The position numbers and the translations under genes were made by a program. A model generated the notes under the pieces. The model did not search any database. It saw only the letters and a program-made list of their open reading frames with translations, and was not told the DNA's origin. Positions 12,059 to 26,671 of a DNA stretch of 64,000 bases are shown piece by piece. Every line of letters begins with the position of its first letter. Position 1 is the first letter of the stretch. Where the stretch lies: positions 256,990,001 through 257,054,000 of the forward strand of contig OZ024740.1 in NCBI GenBank assembly GCA_964016885.1, in the 5' to 3' direction. Source of the stretch: Eledone cirrhosa (lineage: Eukaryota).

Positions 12059-13352
12059 GATAAATCTACCAAGAGTTTACGGTAGTGTCCAATCCGTATG
12101 AAGAACTCAATGTAGTCCGGATATCATGGAAAGAAGAGATGCAATGAAAAATCACTTTCGGTGAAAGATAAACGGAATACAGAGTCAAGATAAAATATTA
12201 AAAAAATAATGAATAAAACAATGAAACAGTTCCTTATATTAAACAAAAAAAGTTCATTATTTAACGATCGTTTCTAGGATATATATGTGTTAGAATTGGC
12301 ATGCATATTCAACAGATCTATGTACAAAATTATACAAAATTATACAAACTATCAAGATTAAATATACATACCAAACACACATATATGCCGTCTTCAGAAA
12401 TAATGAAATATATTTATAGATAATAACAACAATTCAAAATTTCAGGTCCGTTTGGGAACAGAGTTCAAATTGACCAATGAAAATACAAAAAATTTTATGC
12501 AGTTTGGTGTGTGTATATACATGTAATTAACTTCGTACACATATTTATATAAAGATATATGCTCACATGCATACGCATGCCAAAAAGATGTATGCAAATA
12601 CAAAAATTCAAGGCTAATGTCTCTGTAAGTTTATAATCCACAGATAAAATGCGTATAGACACATAAATATGAAATAAATGTATACACACATTCATATACT
12701 CACACATATTCGTACACTCATATTCATATACTCACACATATTATACACATTCATATACTCACACATATTCGTACACACATATTCGTACACTGTGTTTGTA
12801 TGTGTGTTTATGGTTGTATGTGTGTGTGGGTATATATATATATGTATGTGTATATATATATATGTGTAGATGTATCTCTATTTATGTGTGTATATATGTA
12901 TATGTATATACCTTTTTCTTTGTATGTCTGAGTTGTGTGAGAGTGTAGTGGTGTTTGTATGTATATACGCATATATGGATGCGTATGTATTTGTATATAT
13001 GCGTATATGTAAGTGCGTATGTGTGTGTGAATATATATCTATGTCTATGTATGAGTATGTATGTGTGTGTATGTATGTGTGTGTGTATGTATGTATGTGT
13101 GTATGTGTGTATATATATGTGTGTATATGTGTGTATGTATGTGTATGTATGTATGTATATATGTATGTATATGTATATATATATGTATATATATATATAT
13201 ATATATTTATTATATATGTATGTGTGTGTATGTGTGTATATATATCTTTATATATGTGTATGTGTATGTATGTGTAGGTGTGTGTGTGTGACTATATATG
13301 TATGTGTGTATATGTGTATGTATGTATATGTATGTGTGTGTACATATATATA

Positions 13353-13409
<57 letters not shown>

Positions 13410-13886
13410 GTGTATATGTATCTCTATTTATATGTGTATATGTGTATATGTATATACCTTTTTCTTTGTATGTCTGAGTTGTGTGAGAGTGTAGTGGTGT
13501 TTGTATGTATATACGCATATATGGATGCGTATGTATTTGTATATATGCGTATATGTAAGTGCGTATGTGTGTGTGAATATATATCTATGTCTATGTATGA
13601 GTATGTATGTGTGTGTATGTATGTGGGTGTATATGTATGTATGTGTGTATGTTTGTATGTATATGTGTGTATATATATGTATGTATGTGTATGTATGTAT
13701 GTATATATGTATGTATATGTATATATATGTATATATATATATATATATATATTTATTATATATGTGTGTGTGTATATGTGTGTATATATATCTTTATATA
13801 TGTGTATGTGTATGTATGTGTAGGTGTGTGTCGGTGACTATATATGTATGTGTGTATATGTATATGTATGTGTATGTATGTGTATG

Positions 13887-13945
<59 letters not shown>

Positions 13946-13970
13946 GTATATATATATATATATGTATGTA

Positions 13971-14001
<31 letters not shown>

Positions 14002-14134
14002 ATATATTTATATATATATATATATTTATATGTGGGTATGTATGTGTATGTGTGTATATATATGAGTGTATTTTTATATATATATATATATGTATGTAGA
14101 TGTGACTGTATATATATGTATATATGTATATATG

Positions 14135-14175
<41 letters not shown>

Positions 14176-14275
14176 GTATGTATATGTGTGTATATGTATG
14201 AGTGTGTGTATATATATACGAGTGTTGTGAGTGTATATATATATGTATATATATGCGTGTGTATATGTATATGTG

Positions 14276-14307
<32 letters not shown>

Positions 14308-14377
14308 TATATGTATATGTGTGTATATATATGTATATATATGTGTATGTATGCGTGTATGTGTATATGTGTGTAAA

Positions 14378-14418
<41 letters not shown>

Positions 14419-14836
14419 AGTATGTGTTTATGTATGTGTCTATGTATTTATATGTGTATATGTATGTGTCTCTATATGTATGCGTCTGTGTATGTGTATG
14501 TGTATTTATATGGTATGTGTATGTATATATATGTATATGTATGTGTTTATATATATGTGTATGTATATGTATGTATATGTATGTGTGTGTATGCGTGTGT
14601 ATTTATTTATATGTCTATATGTATGTATATCGATGTATACTTTATATTTTGATTGTTTGTATATATATATATGTGTGTGTATGTATATGTGCGTGTATAT
14701 ATATATATGTGTGGGTATATATGTGTGTGTATATATGTGTATATATGTGTGTATATATATATATGTATGTGTGTATATATGTGTATATATATATGTATAT
14801 GTTTATATATGTGTGTGTGTGTGTGTTGTATGTGTA

Positions 14837-14872
<36 letters not shown>

Positions 14873-15695
14873 CTTGATATATTTCTTTTTTCTTTTTTCT
14901 TTTTCTTTTCTTTTTATTTCTAAGTTTATAGATACATCTATAAATAAGCAGTCTGCCGAAACCGTTGAATACTGACCTCTCCCCCCCTCCCACCTAATTT
15001 CTGTATCTTGATCTAAATGTGTGTGGCAGTGTTTATGTGCGTGCATTAATGTCCATATGCTTATGATGATACTATATGCACACATATATATGTGTGTGGG
15101 GGTGTGTGTGTGTATGTATGTTCGTAATTATGTGTATGTTTATGCATATACGCGCGTGTGTGTGTGAGTGTACGAATATGTGTGAGTATATGAATGTGTG
15201 TATACATTTATTTCATATTTATGTGTCTATACGCATTTTATCTGTGGATTATAAACTTACAGAGACATTAGCCTTGAATTTTTGTATTTGCATACATCTT
15301 TTTGGCATGCGTATGCATGTGAGCATATATCTTTATATAAATATGTGTACGAAGTTAATTACATGTATATACACACACCAAACTGCATAACATTTTTTGT
15401 ATTTTCATTGGTCAATTTGAACTCTGTTCCCAAACGGACCTGAAATTTTGAATTGTTGTTATTATCAATAAATATATTTCATTATTTCTGAAGACGGCAT
15501 ATATGTGTGTTTGGTATGTATATTTAATCTTGATAGTTTGTATAATTTTGTATAATTTTGTACATAGATCTGTTGAATATGCATGCCAATTCTAACACAT
15601 ATATATCCTAGAAACGATCGTTAAATAATGAACTTTTTTTGTTTAATATAAGGAACTGTTTCATTGTTTTATTCATTATTTTTTTAATATTTTAT
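12057..15695. mobile_element. long inverted repeat (~12190-12720 vs ~15165-15695) with HHRs flanking a TG/TA microsatellite core
   Basis: Near-perfect reverse complement arms; internal ~546-nt tandem duplication (12870-13400 / 13420-13850). Confidence 0.85.
15478..15632 (+). ncRNA. type I hammerhead ribozyme with 116-nt stem II region (mirror copy 12253-12407, minus)
   Basis: TTCATTATTT-CTGAAGA-CGGCATATATGTG...CACATATATATCCTA-GAAAC-GATC-GTT-AAATAATGAA; perfect 10-bp stem I, palindromic stem III AACGATCGTT. Confidence 0.8.
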
Positions 15696-15758
15696 ATATA
15701 TATATATATATTATATATATATATATTACATATATATATGTAATATATATGTAATATA

Positions 15759-15809
<51 letters not shown>

Positions 15810-15883
15810 ATATATTATATATATATTATATATATATAAATATATATATATTATATATATATATTATATATATTAGAATATAA

Positions 15884-16070
15884 GGCGGTGGATTGGCAGT
15901 ATCGATAGAGTGTCGGACGCCATGCTTTCCAGCATAGTTACGTCCCTTTACGATCTGAGTTCAAATCCCGCCGAGGTTAACTTTGCCTTTCATCCTTACG
16001 GGTCGATAAAATAAAGTACCAGTAATGCACTGGGTAATTGCTGGCCTTGTGCCAAAAGTAGAAACAATTA
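15884..16070 (+). mobile_element. full-length tRNA-derived SINE with target-site duplication
   Basis: GGCGGTGGATTGGCAG head, GAGTTCAAATCC B box; flanking duplication TATATATTAGAATATAA. Confidence 0.9.
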
Positions 16071-16352
16071 TATATATTAGAATATAAATATTAATAAAAT
16101 AGATGTTCTGTTGATCAATTACATTTAATTATACATATTTCGGATGTACACCAGAACGTCCGCATCAGTCAAAATATAATGATATATGACATAACCTGAT
16201 ATGTTAAATGGTTAATATTTAATCAAGGTAGTGATTATTAATATTAATAACTCCGGAAATTTATTCTCGTAGAATCTACTGTAAAACTCATTCTTTGATA
16301 TACTCATTGAATTTTGTTTAACTCTTCAATATATTATATATATATACATATA

Positions 16353-16420
<68 letters not shown>

Positions 16421-16422
<2 letters not shown>

Positions 16423-17136
16423 AGACGTGAAATAAGAAAATTATAAAATTAACTTACTTACAAAAATTTCACTTCCAACTGATTCGTTTCTGAAATGGGA
16501 TAAATATACTTTCCGAAGAAAGTATTGAGAATCATTTCGTCGTCAGGGAAGACTATTCTCAGCTAAGTATCCAGGCAAAGCGAGGTCTCTGGAAACTTAT
16601 ATAAAAATATTCAGTGGATTGAAAATAGCAAAGCGTGGACTGAATTCCTAGCCATTGAGAAAATCACTGCCTCTGCGTCGGTGGCAAATTCAAAAAGAAT
16701 TAATCACGTGATATCGAGGTCAATCAGTGGAAACTGGTTTGCTAATAAGACAGCGGCCTGCCTGCTACCATAGCAGCAGTTCAGGCCAATATTGCTCGAC
16801 AAATAATTTGGAGATAATTATAAAGAATTAATATCCAGTAACATATATATACATACAGATGCATATCTATGCTAGCAAATATATAGGTTTTGTCTTAGTA
16901 GCTTTGTGGTTCAATGCATGGGGTTGCAGAACAATAATATGAGAGACGTAAAATAAGAAAATTATAAAATTAACTTACTTACTAAAATTTCACTTCCAAC
17001 AAATTAGTTTCTGAAATGGAATAAATATACTTTCCGAAGAAAGTATAGAGAATCATTTCGTCGTCAGGGAAGACTATTCTCAGCTAAGTATCCAGGCAAA
17101 GCGAGGACTCTGGAAACTTATATAAAAATATTCAGT

Positions 17137-17140
<4 letters not shown>
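16421..17140 (-). mobile_element. HHR-bounded element, ~200-nt direct repeats at 521-nt period, in (TA)n
   Basis: Repeats 16421-16620 and 16942-17140; each has minus-strand CTTCC-CTGACGA-C-GAAATG..CATTTC-A-GAAAC..GTT-GGAAG (16472-16551, 16993-17072). Confidence 0.85.
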
Positions 17141-17190
<50 letters not shown>

Positions 17191-17324
17191 TATACGTATA
17201 TATATATATATTATATGTATAGATTTTGAGTTTATGTTGGTTGTATACCAACACCTCAGTATGCAGGCTGGAGCACTCGACGAAGTGCGCAGGTTGGTTT
17301 GGTTACTCCGGAGTAGTGTAAAAT

Positions 17325-17565
17325 AAAGTTAAATAAAAGTCAAATGATTAAAATTTAGCTTCGTTTATTACTGCTATATATATTTCAGTGACAGCCATCT
17401 TTGGCTGTGACCTCTTCAGGCAGTTTGAATTAGTATGGTATAGACAAGTACATACTAATTCAAACTGCCTGAAGAGGCCACAGCCAAAGATGGCTGTCAC
17501 TGAAATATATATAGCAGTAATAAACGAAGCTAAATTTTAATCATTTGACTTTTATTTAACTTTAT
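17325..17565. repeat. ~113-bp-arm fold-back palindrome with two divergent HHRs
   Basis: 13-nt spacer at ~17439-17451; ACTGC-CTGAAGA..ACAGCCA AAGA TGGCTGT..GAAAT-ATAT-ATA-GCAGT at 17464-17518(+) and 17370-17424(-). Confidence 0.85.
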
Positions 17566-18941
<1,376 letters not shown>

Positions 18942-19177
18942 TTAAAACAAAGAAATAAAAATTCAAGTCATTAGGAATATACTCCACGTTTATCGTTTCT
19001 AGGTGATAATAATACATCGTACGCATATTTCGTTATCGATCTATGTAAAGTTACATATCGTATAAGGAATATATTTACCTACGTGTATATCACAGAGATG
19101 CCGTCAAGAAACAGAGCTAAGCCTCTTACAACCAAAAGAAAAATACCACAACAATACCACAACATTCTAAATGAGGA

Positions 19178-19272
19178 ATCCTCTTGATAAGTCGGCAAAC
19201 GTCCCAAAAATACTGCAACTCTGTGATGTAGTGTTTTTGCATAATAAGCCACGAAACTACGTAGTCGAGGAT
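19178..19272 (+). ncRNA. decayed hammerhead motif
   Basis: ATCCTC-TTGATAA-GTCGGC..GCCAC-GAAAC-TACGTA-GTC-GAGGAT; stems intact, two core substitutions relative to CTGATGA. Confidence 0.6.
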
Positions 19273-19352
19273 AATGTAGAAATTTGGGTATGGTATTAAT
19301 AACTAATATTTCTTCTTCCTTTATAATGTATTATATATATATATATATATAT

Positions 19353-20073
19353 ATAAAACATGAGAAGAATACCTCGTGGTTGCACATAGGTTGCATATGA
19401 TAAAAATAGTCCTTCCTCAGTGATTTTCCAACCATCATTGGTATTTCATCACATTAAAAATCATATACCTCAGGTTGGTGCGAGCAATAACTAAAAAAAG
19501 TTATTGGGACCAGTAAATCGCGTAAAGCGAGGGGGACAAGTGAACAACATAGAAGGACAAAAGTAAACCAAAGAAAGGAAATAAACAAGCAACATGGTAG
19601 TCCTGGTCAGCATAAGCTGGGTGGATTTCATGAGCGAAAGGTAGAGACACGTCTAGTGATAGTGGGATGTAAGCAAGAATAGACCCACTGTTAACCACAC
19701 GGGAGGAAGTGAGAAGGGGAGAAACAGATAGTGAGTGAGTGGAAGTGCGAGGAAGCGGTCAGTCGAGAGAAAGTGTAACTGACAGAGGGTGCAAAGAAGA
19801 TGAGAGAAACAGAGAGAACGGGAAGCAGTAAGAGAGAAACAGACAAACGCAGCCGAGGTGAATATATATAAAAAACATGAGAAGAAAGAAAAATACTGCG
19901 TGGTTGCACATAGGTTACATATGATAAAAATAGTCATTCGTCAGTGATTTTCCAACCATCATTGGTATTTCATCGCATTAAAAATCATATACCTCAGGTT
20001 GGTGCGAGCAATAACTAAAAAAAGTTATTGGGACCAGTAAATCGCGTAAAGCGAGGGGGACAAGTGAACAACA
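19353..20073 (-). mobile_element. ~200-nt direct repeats at ~520-nt period in (TA)n
   Basis: 19353-19549 repeated at 19870-20073; variant HHR-like CCAAC-CTGAGGT..GAAAT..GTTGG on minus. Confidence 0.75.
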
Positions 20074-20129
20074 TATATATATATATCACTTATATATATA
20101 TATATATATAACTTATATAAATATATATA

Positions 20130-20671
20130 TAGATAAATCTACCAAAAGTTTACGGAGTGTCCAATCCGTATGAAGAACTCAATGTAATCCGGATATCATG
20201 GAAAGAAGAGATGCATTCAAAAATCACTTTCGGTGAAAGATAAACGGAATACAGAGTCAAGATAAAATATTAAAAAAATAATGAATAAAACAATGAAACA
20301 GTTCCTTATATTAAACAAAAAAAGTTCATTATTTAACGATCGTTTCTAGGACATATATGTGTTAGAATTGGCATGCATATTCAAAAGATCTATGTACAAA
20401 ATTATACAAAATTATACAAACTATCAAATAGAATATACATACCAACACATACATATGCCATCTTCAGATTATTTCTGAAGACGGCATATCTATGTGTTGG
20501 TATGTATATTCTATTTGATAGTTTGTATAATTTTGTATAATTTTGTACATAGATCTTTTGAATATGCATGCCAATTCTAACACATATATGTCCTAGAAAC
20601 GATCGTTAGATAATGAACTTTTTTTGTTTAATATAAGAAACTGTTTCATTCTTTTATTCATTATTTTTTTA

Positions 20672-20675
<4 letters not shown>
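20130..20675. mobile_element. second locus of the 12057 family, fold-back palindrome centred at ~20471
   Basis: 20130-20467 matches 12058-12397; TCTTCAG-ATTATTT-CTGAAGA centre; HHR 20468-20617(+). Confidence 0.85.
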
Positions 20676-20703
<28 letters not shown>

Positions 20704-20705
20704 AG

Positions 20706-20785
<80 letters not shown>

Positions 20786-20814
20786 CATATACATATATAT
20801 ATATCAAAATATAA

Positions 20815-20858
<44 letters not shown>

Positions 20859-21151
20859 CATATATATATATATATCAAAATATATATATTTACAAACAAA
20901 CCGAGCATTATAATAAATGTTCGGTAAACCGATACGTGCATATATATATATGTGTTAATGTATGTATATATATACATACTACTGTACGTCTGTACATACA
21001 TACATACTTACATTTAAGTAAATGCCGTACTAAGAGTGAGAAATGAAATTTCGTTTCATTCTATTCCATTTAAAAATATATATATATATATATCTAAATT
21101 ATATTTATATATATATATATGTATCTAATATATAGATAAATATCTAATATA

Positions 21152-21273
<122 letters not shown>

Positions 21274-21311
21274 TATATATCTAATATATATATATATATA
21301 TCTAATATAAT

Positions 21312-21492
<181 letters not shown>

Positions 21493-21495
21493 ATC

Positions 21496-21733
21496 TAAGG
21501 CGGGTAAAATTCCCCGAGATCCATGGACGAGTTCTCTCCAGCGGTCTCTGTCCCTCATTATCGCTGCCATGTCCTGCGTCTCCAACAGACCAGTGTCTGT
21601 CCTTAGGGCATCAACATACATTAACCTTGGTCTTCCTCTTCTAGTGTGTCCATGTAGGGTCTCCCAAAGGAGCACTGAGTGCAATGTCAACTCTGGATGT
21701 CGGTGAGCATTTCCAGCTAACCTCAGTCTCCTC
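21496..21733 (-). mobile_element. 3' fragment of RTE-group LINE (same family as 26672-27710)
   Basis: [35 protein letters not shown]; nucleotide match to 26672-26910; smaller remnant at ~23570-23633. Confidence 0.85.
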
Positions 21734-21748
21734 TAATATATATGTATT

Positions 21749-22866
21749 TAGGGGACAACGTATCATTTTTCTTTGGGAGGACAGCTAGATTATAAGCTAC
21801 CAGTCTCCTCTTAGCGCTGAGGGAGACCAACACCCTTCTATTAATGTCGGTATAATTCTTATGTCTATGTTAATTTGGGCATCCACTGATGAGTTTATAT
21901 GAGCCCGCTTGTGTATAAAACTACGGATTATATACAAGTTTCTACATAACCTGGAAATTATTTATCCCAAATTGTAGAAATCTTATAACGAAACGGCCGT
22001 CTGGAAGGAAAGAGATATTTATTTAATAATGTCTCATATAAAATAATACAACCAACTATCCACGAAATACTGATTATTTAGCACCCCAAACACTAAATCG
22101 GGCTAATACTTAAGTATATCCTAATGTTTGTTGAGTGAGATGGAATTGATCGGAGTATCGCTTAAGGCTTTCTCTGTTTATGTATTGAATATATACTCTT
22201 GGGAGCATGATATGGATTCCAGCTATAAGGTATGACTCTCTTTAATATTATTATTATTTATACGAAATACTGATTGATTTTCCTTGTATCCCATGTCTGT
22301 GTGTGCGTGGGTGATCCATACATAAATTTATTATCTTTTAATATCTCTGTGTGTGCATTGGTTGTATATAAATATGATTATTCTTTTAAATTTCCAATTG
22401 AGTTCTTCTACACGTGGTTAATACCTAACAGGTTTAATTGACCAGCATGTGTATTGTTTTATTTTAAGATGACCTCCCTTTACCCGTTTGGGGACAACGT
22501 GTAATTTTTCTTTGGGAGGACTGCTAGCTTATAAGCTACCAGTCTCTTCTTAGCGCTGAGGGAGACCATAACCATTCTATTAATGTCGATATAATTCTTA
22601 TATCGATATTAATTTGGGCATCCACTGATGAGTTATATGAGCCCGCTTGTGTATAAAACTACGGATTATATACAAGTTTCTACATAACCTGGAAATTATT
22701 TATCCCAAATTGTAGAAATATTATAACGACCAACTATCCACGAAATACTGATTAGTTAGCACCCCAAACACTAAATTGGAATAATAATTAAGTATATCCT
22801 AATGTTTGTTGAGTGAGATGGAATTGGTCAGAGTATTGCTTAAGGCATTCTCTGTTTATGTATTGA

Positions 22867-22868
<2 letters not shown>
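21749..22868 (+). mobile_element. HHR element, direct repeats at 739-nt period
   Basis: 21751-22190 repeated at 22490-22868, second copy with ~60-nt deletion. Confidence 0.85.
21882..22005 (+). ncRNA. canonical type I hammerhead ribozyme, 97-nt stem II region
   Basis: TCCA-CTGATGA-GTTTATA...TATAAC-GAAAC-GGCC-GTC-TGGA. Confidence 0.85.
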
Positions 22869-22926
<58 letters not shown>

Positions 22927-23031
22927 TATATATATTTATATATATATATATTTATGTATATATATATATATATAATATATAATATACATATATATATATA
23001 TAATATATATATATACTTATGTATATATATA

Positions 23032-23077
<46 letters not shown>

Positions 23078-23239
23078 ATATATAATATATATATATAATA
23101 TATATATAATTATATATATATATATATAATCATATAATTAAATATATATATAATTATATATATATATATTTATATGTATATATAATATATATACATATAT
23201 ATATATATTTATTTATATATTTATATATATATATATATA

Positions 23240-23362
<123 letters not shown>

Positions 23363-23645
23363 AATAAAGATTCAGCGAGAATCGCATTTTCGGCAGGCAG
23401 GAAAAGCGAAGCGAACGCAAAAATCAGAAATGATACTGACAAAGTGCCCAATAGTTAAAGTCCAGAGCTAAACAATGTGTTAAGAAGCCATACAAAACTG
23501 TAAAGGTGGCCAACAAAGCATTGACCATCCAAGCAAAAAACCAAATCAAGCTACAGGTCAAAACAAAGTCTGTCCATGTAGGGGCTCACACAGGAAAACT
23601 GAGTGCAATGTCAAATCTGGATGCCGGTGAGCATATATATTAGAT

Positions 23646-23682
<37 letters not shown>

Positions 23683-23750
23683 GTTAATATATATATATAT
23701 ATATATAAACGGAAAAAATAAGTATATATATATATAAGATATATATATAA

Positions 23751-23801
<51 letters not shown>

Positions 23802-23900
23802 TATAAATATATATATAAAACTCATAAATATATCTAACATATATATATATATAAAACTTATATATATATAATAGATATATATATATAACTTATATATATA

Positions 23901-23935
<35 letters not shown>

Positions 23936-23959
23936 TATATATATAACATTTATATATAT

Positions 23960-24400
23960 ATGGAAAAAATGAAACGAAATATCATTTCCCACTCTTAGTA
24001 CGGCTGTTACTTAAAAATAAGTATGTACACGTACATACATATATGTATACAGACGTACAGTAGTATGTATATATATATACATATATGCACACATATATAT
24101 ATGTACGTATGGATTCACCGAACATTTATTATAATGCTTGATGTGTTTGTAAACAAACATCCCGTATTAAGCCGTAGTGTCTAGCAACCATCGTTGCTCG
24201 TTTGTTCAAAACTGACAAAGGAACACTGTACTAGTTTCATGCTTATTAGCTATCGTCAGCAACGTATACCTCCCTGCCAGATTGTTGAACGTATATACTT
24301 ACCTTGTGCATATTAACGGCTGAGTAGCCCAATTTGCATATAAAGTGGGTTAATCGGCCGGGTGCACCGAAAACGATAAACGGAAAAAATGAAACGATAT
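23960..24400 (-). mobile_element. ~420-nt HHR monomer with short terminal repeat; inverted partial copy at ~20890-21062
   Basis: GGAAAAAATGAAACGA at 23962 and 24382; minus-strand GTTG-CTGACGA-TAGCTAATAAGCAT-GAAAC-TA-GTA-CAGT (24225-24263). Confidence 0.75.
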
Positions 24401-24544
24401 ATCTTTTATATATATATATATTAGATATATATATATGACTTATATATATATCTAATATATATATATAACTTATATATATATATCTAATATATATATATAT
24501 AAAACTTTTATATATATATCTAATATATTTATATAAACATACAT

Positions 24545-24577
<33 letters not shown>

Positions 24578-24592
24578 GATAGATATATAACT

Positions 24593-24640
<48 letters not shown>

Positions 24641-24643
<3 letters not shown>

Positions 24644-24937
24644 ACTTGGGGAGGGTCATATTTGTGTAATATTGCCAGAATTAATAACAGAACACACTCA
24701 CTGTTTGGTTGGTTTTCGCTTCTCGCTGTCTTTTATATCAGTAATCTAACTTACTCGGTCCTCAATGTGCCATTGACTGACCGACGGTCAAAAATATTAT
24801 TTTTGACCGTCGGTCAGTCAATGACAAGTTAGATTACCGATATAAAAGACAGCGAGAAGCGAAAACCAACCAAACAGTGAGTGTGTTCTGTTATTAATTC
24901 TGGCAATATTACACAAATATGACCCTCCCGAAGTATA
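24641..24937. repeat. ~140-bp-arm fold-back palindrome in (TA)n
   Basis: Centre GGTCAAAAAT-ATT-ATTTTTGACC at ~24797; one arm has a ~17-nt indel. Confidence 0.9.
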
Positions 24938-24998
24938 ACGATATTTGTTTCGACACACGATTTCATATAAAAAACCTCGCAAAACTAATTCATCGCCG

Positions 24999-25062
<64 letters not shown>

Positions 25063-25111
25063 TATATATAATATATATATCGAATATATATATCTAATAT
25101 ATATATATATA

Positions 25112-25179
<68 letters not shown>

Positions 25180-25188
25180 AAGATAATT

Positions 25189-26635
25189 TTCTTTTTATTT
25201 ACCACCAGGGCATCAACAAGTGGGACAAGTACAATGGGGGAGTTTACATAACAAGGCGTCCTCAATAAGGAGGAGGCAATAACAATATATAAAAATAAAA
25301 TAAAATATGACAAAATAAAATTTATAACAAAATCCTCAATAGAGAGGAGGCGCCTTGGGGTGTCACACACACCCCCGAAAAAAGTGTGCAACCCTTCTCC
25401 TCAGGAGCACAGAGATTGGGTGCTCCCTTGGTCTTTCATCTTCCTCACCTATAGTCTGATGTAGAATGAAGGCCCATTCTCGCCACTTTCACCCATCTTT
25501 CATAAAAACGGCTGGGGTGCAGCACCTCTCTCTCCATCCTGAACCTTCTTCCGAAATGATATCGAAAGAAACGGACCAGTTGTTGGCCAGAGAGAAAGGT
25601 GTCTGACCTCAGTCCTTTCAGACGCGTCCACCATACAACCTCTTTCGCCATGGCTATTACGCACAGAAACACCGCCTCTCCTTCGTTTTTGAAGAGGCGA
25701 GATGGCTTGATCGTTACAATAGACTCGGTGGTCAACCGGATCGGTCCCACCCTTGACAGCAGTTGTTCGACATAGCCCCACAAATCGGCAATGTCCGAGC
25801 GGGGTACCAATGCGTGTGCAACGGTTTCCTCGTCGCACACGCATCTGGGACAGATCTTTTTCGAGGGATCCCTACCCGGGAGCCCGTGTCTGTAGAGCCT
25901 TTCTCGAACGGGCAGAGCCCTTCTGTAGCACTGCCAGGCCAGGGACCTCTGGAAGTTATCCATGGGTCCCGGGCTGAATGTCCTACCGAACAGGTTGGCC
26001 AGTTCGTCTTCCTCCATGCCTAGGGCTTCTCCGAGGGCGTCGTCGCACCAGCTAACCACCAGCCCTCTATAGAATGACGAGGTGGATTATCCACTGACAG
26101 CCGGGTCCGCCTGACAGAGAGCCGTGAGCGCCTGGACACACTCGGTGTGCCAGGCGCCCAGTTTTCTTGGTCTTTGCTTGACCCAGGATTGCAGCTCGGT
26201 GAGTGAGACGAGTCTTGGAAAGGCTCGCCTCGCAAACGGGGCCCACACCGGTTGACCGGTGAGGAATACCTGGAGGTGCCGTAGCCTTAATGCGTGTTTA
26301 CGTATCATTAGCTACGGCATCCCCAGCCCTCCTTTCGAAGGGTGTTGACAGCAGATGGATCTCCTCACCATAGGAGCCCGCTTCTTCCAAAGGAATTGGA
26401 AGAGTGCGCGCTCCATTTTGGCGAGCGTTTCCCTTGGGCAAGGCATAACGGTCAGGCGGTAGTAGATGACGGACGCTATATAAGTGTTCGCGACCTCCGC
26501 CCGACCTTTCAGGGACTGTTTGCACTCGGCCCTCTTCTGGGTCAGTGCAAACACCCTGTTCGTTACCTCACCCCAGTTCTTCTCCACCTGGAGGTCTGGT
26601 CCGAACCAGACCCCGAGCAACTTCACCGGGCGCCA
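25189..26635 (-). mobile_element. 5'-truncated Tx1-like LINE ORF2 (RT C-terminus, Cys/His motif, 3' UTR)
   Basis: KLLGVWFG, SLKGRAEVAN, QFLW, KGGLGMP, ALPVRERL, CPRC..ETVAHAL; AATAAA + A-rich tail. Confidence 0.85.
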
Positions 26636-26671
26636 GATATATATATCTAAGATATATATCTAATATATATT

